Below the pieces are notes generated by a model. The model worked only from the letters and a program-made list of their open reading frames with translations, was not told where the DNA came from and made no database searches. Both the position numbers and the translations under genes were made by a program. A stretch of 64,000 bases of DNA, from assembly GCA_965153285.1 (NCBI GenBank), contig OZ229111.1. One strand, written 5' to 3'. The stretch's first letter is position 1. Each line of letters opens with the position of its first letter. Source of the DNA: Podarcis tiliguerta (Eukaryota). Positions 57,252 through 64,000 of the stretch are shown one piece after another.

Positions 57252-58322
57252 CAGTATACAATATGAAAACAATAAACAGAGCATGCAGATATGCATCTAT
57301 TTTGCACACAGGTATTTGTACAAAAACACCTTGCAAATGGCTACCAGCTGCCCTAATTCAGAGGCAGCCAATACGGTTCCACCACCACTGGTTTCTGGAC
57401 TACAACATCTTTGACGATTTGCTGCTGGCTGGGGCTGATAGGAACTGGAGTTCAATAACATCTCAAGGGCACCTCGTTGACTACCCCTGCTCTTAAAGAA
57501 CTCATTTCCCCCAAACAAACCTTCCCTAGGAAAGCACATGATTCCACTTATAGCACTTTGATGAGCACCAGGAGTGTGGCGTCAACACTGCTGTTTGCTC
57601 TGTATTCAGCCCATTTCATTTATGCATTTTGTAGCGGTGAGCAAGGGGAACAGCATGGCCCAAATGCATTTACTGCTGATGGTTCCAGGGTGCTGAGCCC
57701 AGTGAAGTGGGTGGGCGTCTGAGAGTCTCACAGCTGCCTCTTCTGGCAACTTCATGGAGATGCTGACTGGCATTTGTTATTTGTAGGATGCCAGCTCTTG
57801 GCATCCCCTGAATGTGCTCATCACTTCCAGCAGAAAAGAGGTTTCTGGCCCTCACTGTTTGGGACAAAACCGGGGGGGGGGAGGGTGTGAATCGCTTAAT
57901 CATATGTCTCCCCACCAGACTTCAAGTCCAAGGAAACATTAATTTTCATGTTGTTTTTAAATCATAAGTGAAGAGAGTGCTCACTGCAGCTCTGCACCCT
58001 CAAAGACTGCTCTCTGCCGCCCACCCTTATGGTACATTGTTTGCCTTGGTACTTGGTACCCTGATTCCCCTCACAGAGCTACAAATATGGTTTAATAGAC
58101 AATCCCTCTTTATGGGGAGCTCTGCGAATTGTAACTCTGAGGGGGAAAGGCATCTCCTAAGAACTCTCAGCACCCTTAACACAGTTCCCAGCATTCTTGC
58201 GGGGGGAAGCCATGACTATTTAAAGTGGTATGATACTTTAAATGCATAGTGCAGATAGAAAGCTTTGTGGTGGTGGTGGTGGGGACTCTTTCTTATATGC
58301 AGGTGCTCTGGTGGTAGAGATA

Positions 58323-58574
58323 CAGTGATACCTTGGTTTAAGAACAGCTTAGTCTATGAACAACTTGGATTAAGAACGCTGCAAACCCAGAAGTAGGTGT
58401 ATTGGTTTGTGAACACTGCCTTGGAAGCAGAACATGTTCCGCTTCCTGCTGAGTGTGTTCCATTTGTAAAGCGAGTCCCCCACTGCTATGGGAAAGCACG
58501 CCTTGGTTTAAGAACACTTTGGTTTAAGAACAGACTTCCGGAATGGATTAAGTTCATAAACCAAGGTACCACTG
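58323..58574. mobile_element. Tc1/mariner (Tigger-like) MITE
   Basis: TIR CAGTGATACCTTGGTTTA...TAAACCAAGGTACCACTG with TA TSD; internal repeats ttggtttaagaac. Confidence 0.85.
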
Positions 58575-60774
58575 TATTTAGAGACCAGTTGACCTGGTGC
58601 CTATTCCTAGGCTAGTAGCCTGGTGACCCATTGATTAACTCCAGAACAAAATCTGGATTGATGCTGGCAGGATCCAATCAGGCATGCACCATTGTCTGCC
58701 ATCCTTGCCATCCTACTTGCATCATCCGTCACCCCCTCCCCTTTGCACACCATTGCACAATGGGAAAGACAAGGCATCTGCGCCAGCCTCTCTGAGATAC
58801 TTTGGAAAGTAGGCGGCTGCATTGCAGGGGCATAGAAAGGACCGACTTGTTTGCCTCTCTAATGCTACAGTTAAGACCCAGCTCAGATCTGAACCAGATC
58901 ATCTCAAGTTTGACAGCCTAATGTCATGGTGGCAATAAAGCTGCTCCAACACACACAAACACACCAATTCTAGGAGGGAAAGAACAAGCCACGTGCATTG
59001 TGGCCCTAAGCTGAGGCTATGACCCATCCTTTCAGTTCTGTCCCACATGATGTCAGAATCAAGCCTTTAGTGTGTCCTTCCCATTATAAATCAGACAGGT
59101 ACCTTCTCAACTGCTAAGGACGTTCCTCTTTCAACCAGCCTTCTGAATGGAGATATTTATCCCAATTGGTATCTGTTTCTGATTTGAATTGATTTTATGT
59201 ATGTGTTGTCGTTTATATATGTCTTTTTAAATTGTATTTATATATGCAGTCACTTTAACAGATATATCAAATTGCTTCAGGTTGTCTCATGGGAAATGAT
59301 TCATGAGTGAAAATAATAATAATAGGGTGGTAGTAGTAGTAGTAATGCTCATCTAAGATGCAACTTCAGTCTCAGAATCAGGAGAGACGCTGTCCAAGCA
59401 CATCTGGGTTCAACAGGCCTCTGCTGTGCCCTCCTGATGGCTCAGGAATTGAACCCCCAGAGACTGCTAGAGATCCTGCCACTTCAGGGGCTGCTTAATG
59501 TGGCTATTTCTGGCTATGGTAATGTATGTATCTGAGCAAGGGAAGCAAGCATCAAAAAGCTCACCTCTTCCCAGCCCAGTTAGTTATTATTACAGCCCTG
59601 ACAGGGGGAGAGAACTGCCATCCAGAGTGTGAGCTCATTTAGGGAAATGGATGCATTGTGAGAGAGGCACAAATATTATCTGCAGCTACACACTGCGGGA
59701 GGGTCCTGCCAGGCACACACACACTTAAGCAAACATTTACGTGCACATGTGCACACACAGACATTCTTAATTTGATAGAAGAGTAGAGGCTTTGGCTAGC
59801 AAAGCAAAAGAACTGCAGCTATCATGGCAGAAAGAGACTGAGACCCTCTGGAACTAACCCCACCCTTCAGGTGAGTAGCGGCTGCTTTTGTAGGCATGTG
59901 TATGTCTCCCCCTGCAGTGGGGCAAATGAAAGGCAGGAGAGGCCAATCGCTTGCTGTCAGTCACAATAATGAGGGATCTGACAGAATCAAGGTAGCGCAT
60001 AGCAACAGTTCTGACAAGAGGCACAATGCCACAGATCCTCAGAAACATCCCGCTTGCAGCCAGTGCAGCAGCCAATTTTCAAAGAGCTGCTGAGCATTTG
60101 GAAGAGACCAGGGGTTGGGGGGGGGGGTGGATAAGGGTGATGAATGTGTGTGCTCCAGACCCAGCGGCTGCTTTGGCTTATTACTCTACACCAGCTGGAT
60201 CCCACCAAGCTGTACTCATGAGATTTAACAAACCAGAAGCACATTAACCTGACACAGTAGTCACTACAGCCCAGAACAATGTCCTCTGCCCCTTAAAAAA
60301 GATGTGCAGCCCATTGATCCCTGGAGAAGGGAAGCCTTTTCAGCATAGGACCTTCTGCTGTCAGCATAGGGCAGAATAGAACCATCTACAACTCACTCTT
60401 CATATACCCATTTGTGTCGCAGCTGCCCCTGTGTGGTTGGACCTTTCCAATAGTGGCACCACAAAGTTCCTCTGCACCAACCAGCTTGTGCTTGGGAGAG
60501 TCCAAAGCACTTCAGATATATTTGCCTCAGCAACCCTTACATCAACAGAGCCCCATACTTGAGCAAGATCTCACATGGTAGACTTTCACAACCATGGGCA
60601 ACACTGACCAAGGGAGGGCTAAAAGCACAGCCCCACTCTAGAGTAATCATCGTAATGCATGAAAAGGGCTAGAGTGGTTTGCCATACGTGAGATTTCCTG
60701 GTTCACAGGAGCCTGGTTCAGGCTCTTAACCACGATACTACAACTGCTCTATCCCCTTCTCCAGATCCCATGGA

Positions 60775-60990
60775 TTAGACAAATTCATGGTGGATAAGGC
60801 TGCTACCCATGATGGCTATACTCTGCTCCTACAGTCAGAGGGAGGATACTTCTGAATACCAATGGATAAAAACTGCAAGAGGGCAGGATATGCGCTTGGG
60901 TCCTGCTGGCGCATCCGGTTGGCCACTGAGAAAAGGATGCTGGACTGGATAGATCACTGACCTCATCCAGCAGGGCTATTATGTTCACAT
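60775..60990 (+). mobile_element. CR1 LINE 3' end remnant
   Basis: ttagacaaattcatgg (LDKFM, CR1 ORF2 end) followed by a 3' UTR with gatgctggactggat...catccagcagggct...tatgttc. Confidence 0.6.
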
Positions 60991-63900
60991 GTGCTCCAGA
61001 ACTGAAAATAATCTTTAGCAACAAGGGTTGAAATACTGCACACATACCGTTACTCCAGAGGCACATCTGAGTGCCTAAGAAGTGGAATTCTGGGAGGGTT
61101 TCGTCCCTTACTACTATAAACCCACCATCCATCATCCAGTGTTGTCAACAGATCTCTCCTGATAAAAGTCTGCACTGAAAATCTAGCTGTTGCTCTCTTT
61201 ACGTTCCAAAGACCACTACGATAGGCACAGCAAGCATGATGATTTGCCCCAAAAGGTATGTCCCACCTGCATAATGCTCACAGGACACTATTCGGCTAGG
61301 GGCCCAGCACCACCAAGAGAAAGAAAACAGCCGTGAGGAGTCAAGGCAGCAACTCTCCCACTGATCTGATAAAGAGCAGGAGAGTGTACTGCCCTGTCCT
61401 CTCATCTAAGGGGGAGTAGCAGTAGAGAATGAAAAAACTGTCCCAGTTCACCTGCAAGGAACTTGTAACAAACAGAATGTCCCCCTCCCTCTTCCCTCTC
61501 CCCATGAGCCCAGAACTCAGGTAGTGTTCATCCAGGGAGAAGCCAGAAATGAAACTCCAAAGAGAGTCAAAAACCCAGCAAAATGTGAACAAACTTGTTA
61601 CCTCTGGTCTGAGAACACAAAAGGGGTTTTAGTATGTGTGGCCAGAGCTCACCAAGAACAAGCTTCCTGGGATTTCACTTAAGCAATGGTCTAACAAGCT
61701 TCCTACTTCTCCAGCAGGGAGGGAGGATCTTGCCATGTGAGGCTTCTGGGAGCAGACAGGCCTTGACACCATGTTGGGCTTTACTCTGATGGGTTAGATC
61801 AGCATACGAGCCCAATGTGTCCACTCCAGTGACAATGTTAGCGCACAGAGCTGAGCGACTCTGACACAGACCATTTATCAAGCCCTTTCTGCTGCAAGCA
61901 AGACCCTGGTAATATTGCTCAGTATAGGACTATGATGTGGCCGAGACAGCAGAGTGGTGTTTTGTTTCTTCTGCCAGTGCTGTGGAGCTACTGGCATGCA
62001 TGTGTGTGTGTGGGGGGGGGGGCCTGAACATGTGATGCATCCTTTTATAGCATCATCGGCAGAAGAGATTTATGAAGCCAATCCTATCCACTTCCAAGTC
62101 AGTTTGCAGTTACCATGCTTGCTAAGGACTATTTCTCTGTGTGTGTCCATTGAGGAGGAGTCAGAGACATTAAAAGAAAGGCAAAATTACAAATCTGGCG
62201 CTTTACCTGTTCCAAAGCAAATTGCCTCTCTAGCCCCTCCAAAGCCTGTCCCTGATGTAGACAGCAGTTGCAGCATCTCTAAATTCTGCTGTCTGAAGGC
62301 ATGTGGCCATCACTCACTCCACAGTTACTGTCCCCTCAGACTTTGTTAACAAAAGATCAGGCCTGGAACACACTGCTCGCCTCGGCTGCTGAGCCTAATT
62401 AAGCACTGCGAGAATGTTCCATTTATGAATGGACAGACAGCTCCTCTTACGCCACTTTTGATGTGCTGGGTAAAAGGAGATGCTAGGAAGCCCTGCCTTG
62501 GGAGCCTGTTTTGGGATGGGTTGGAGGAGCTGAATGGAGGGGGTGGAGAAAAGCTTCAACCCTCAAATGGAACCTATTATTCTCTTGTGCCCAAGCTGAC
62601 ATCACTCAAGCCCAGGAAGAAAGGACATTGCCCGTGTCACAAGGCCATCTAAGCACGGCAGCTATTCTTAATTTCCCAGGAGGTTTTCCAAGTAGTAACA
62701 CACTGCAGCCAAAACGGAGAAAAGGTTCATCATTCTACCATATGGTTCATAGGTAAGGTTATGTATATTAGAAGGGTTCAACATTCAATGCCAAATTGCC
62801 CCCAATTCTGTGTCAAGAAAAGCTGACTTCTGCATCCTATATCAGTTTTGCAAGCTGAGCAAATCTGCACCAATTTGCTTACTTTGCATAATTTATTTGT
62901 TTCTATCCATCCCAAGGAGCTGTGGAAAGGCCTTGCATTCTGATGACTGGAAATTCCACAAAGCCCTTCTCTGATTTCTGAGGGTTCCGAAATAACTCCC
63001 ACACTTGCAAATCTCTAGTCTGTTAAGGACTAGAAACACACTTTTAAAATATAAACAGAGATTCTCTGGATGCTGTTTAGTGTACCAAACACCAAATTTC
63101 TGTCCATGTAAAGTGGGGTCATGCAGATGCAGAACAGAAAAGAGTCCTGGGCCACTGGACTTCTCTTCCAAAAAACATTTCTGGAATTCTTGCTTGAAGC
63201 AGCTCACTCTCACACTTCATTCATGACACATCCTGCAACACTTGGTTCTCTCTCTCAAAACCACCCTTGACTGCTTAAGATTATGATTTCCCCAGTCAGG
63301 GGAAAGGGTTTTTGGCACTCTCTTGCCACGGGCAGTGGAGTGTGAAAGTGTTCACAGAGTACAGTTCCTTTCGAAGAGCTCAATAAGGTTTCTAGGGTGC
63401 CTTACTGCCAGCCCTCTAGTTTTCAGTGAATTTCAGGCTAGCTACACCAGCTGTGAACTCTGACTGCACTCAGCACTGAGTCCTTGTATTTTCCTAGGAA
63501 GCCACCTATTCCACCTAGAAAAAGGGAAGATCTATTTTGCTGTGTTCTTGAAACTAAAGATCCACCAACCAGAGATATATTCACTTAGAAAAAAATCAAA
63601 TCTGAGCCAAAGTGATTGGTTTTGAATACCAGAATTGAACTGAGCTTATGGTACTTCCACACACACAAATTCCACTCCTGGTAAACCCCTTCCCAGGCTT
63701 CCTTAATTTAAGCAGTGTAATAAATTGGGAGTTTGAAAGCCTTGCCAATCTACTTCAGACCATCCAGAGTCTTACCAGTCAGTTTCGATCTACCTTCTGC
63801 CTTCCCCTGGCCTAGAGATTTTGCATGCCCAGACACTGGTTCATAGAAAGCTGCTTTAAACTAGGAATTGCATACTGACCTGTCCATGGTGCTGATACAG

Positions 63901-64000
63901 CTCTCATTACTCTAGCTATGGGTCGCTGGCCCATGGTGCATTTAACTGGGGCTCTTTTGGCCTCTGCCCACACAAGTGAAGTCTCTGCTGGCGGAGAAGC

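Overview
This is vertebrate genomic DNA, very likely from a squamate (lacertid-like lizard), judged from Sauria/Squam-type SINEs, CR1/L2 remnants and hAT/mariner MITEs. It holds two convergent multi-exon genes. (1) The 3' two-thirds of a 100-kDa hexokinase on the + strand, 12 coding exons from 37 to 12757. Exon sizes are 184/156/234/305/149/120/96/100/184/156/234/124. It is assigned to HK3 from its degenerate N-half and its tail-to-tail position next to UNC5A. (2) The netrin receptor UNC5A on the - strand, coding exons 2-16 from 30226 down to 14158 (Ig-Ig-TSP1-TSP1-TM-ZU5-UPA-death domain). The signal-peptide exon 1 is not in the window, so 30227-64000 is intron 1. That intron contains a CpG island, several enhancer-like blocks, many short TEs and microsatellites. 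I traced all exon boundaries by hand and both genes splice in frame. I see no convincing novel multi-gene system. The best leads are: a candidate in-frame 171-nt Pro/Ala/Ser-rich stalk cassette exon between TSP1-2 and the TM exon of UNC5A; a CpG-island unit with TATA box, Kozak ATG and phase-matched donor that could be an alternative first exon; a 35-nt poison-exon candidate; a two-stranded poly(A)/UGUA cassette between the two genes; non-canonical splice sites (GC donor, GAG acceptor, NAGNAG); and a Sauria SINE with a 69-bp target-site duplication.
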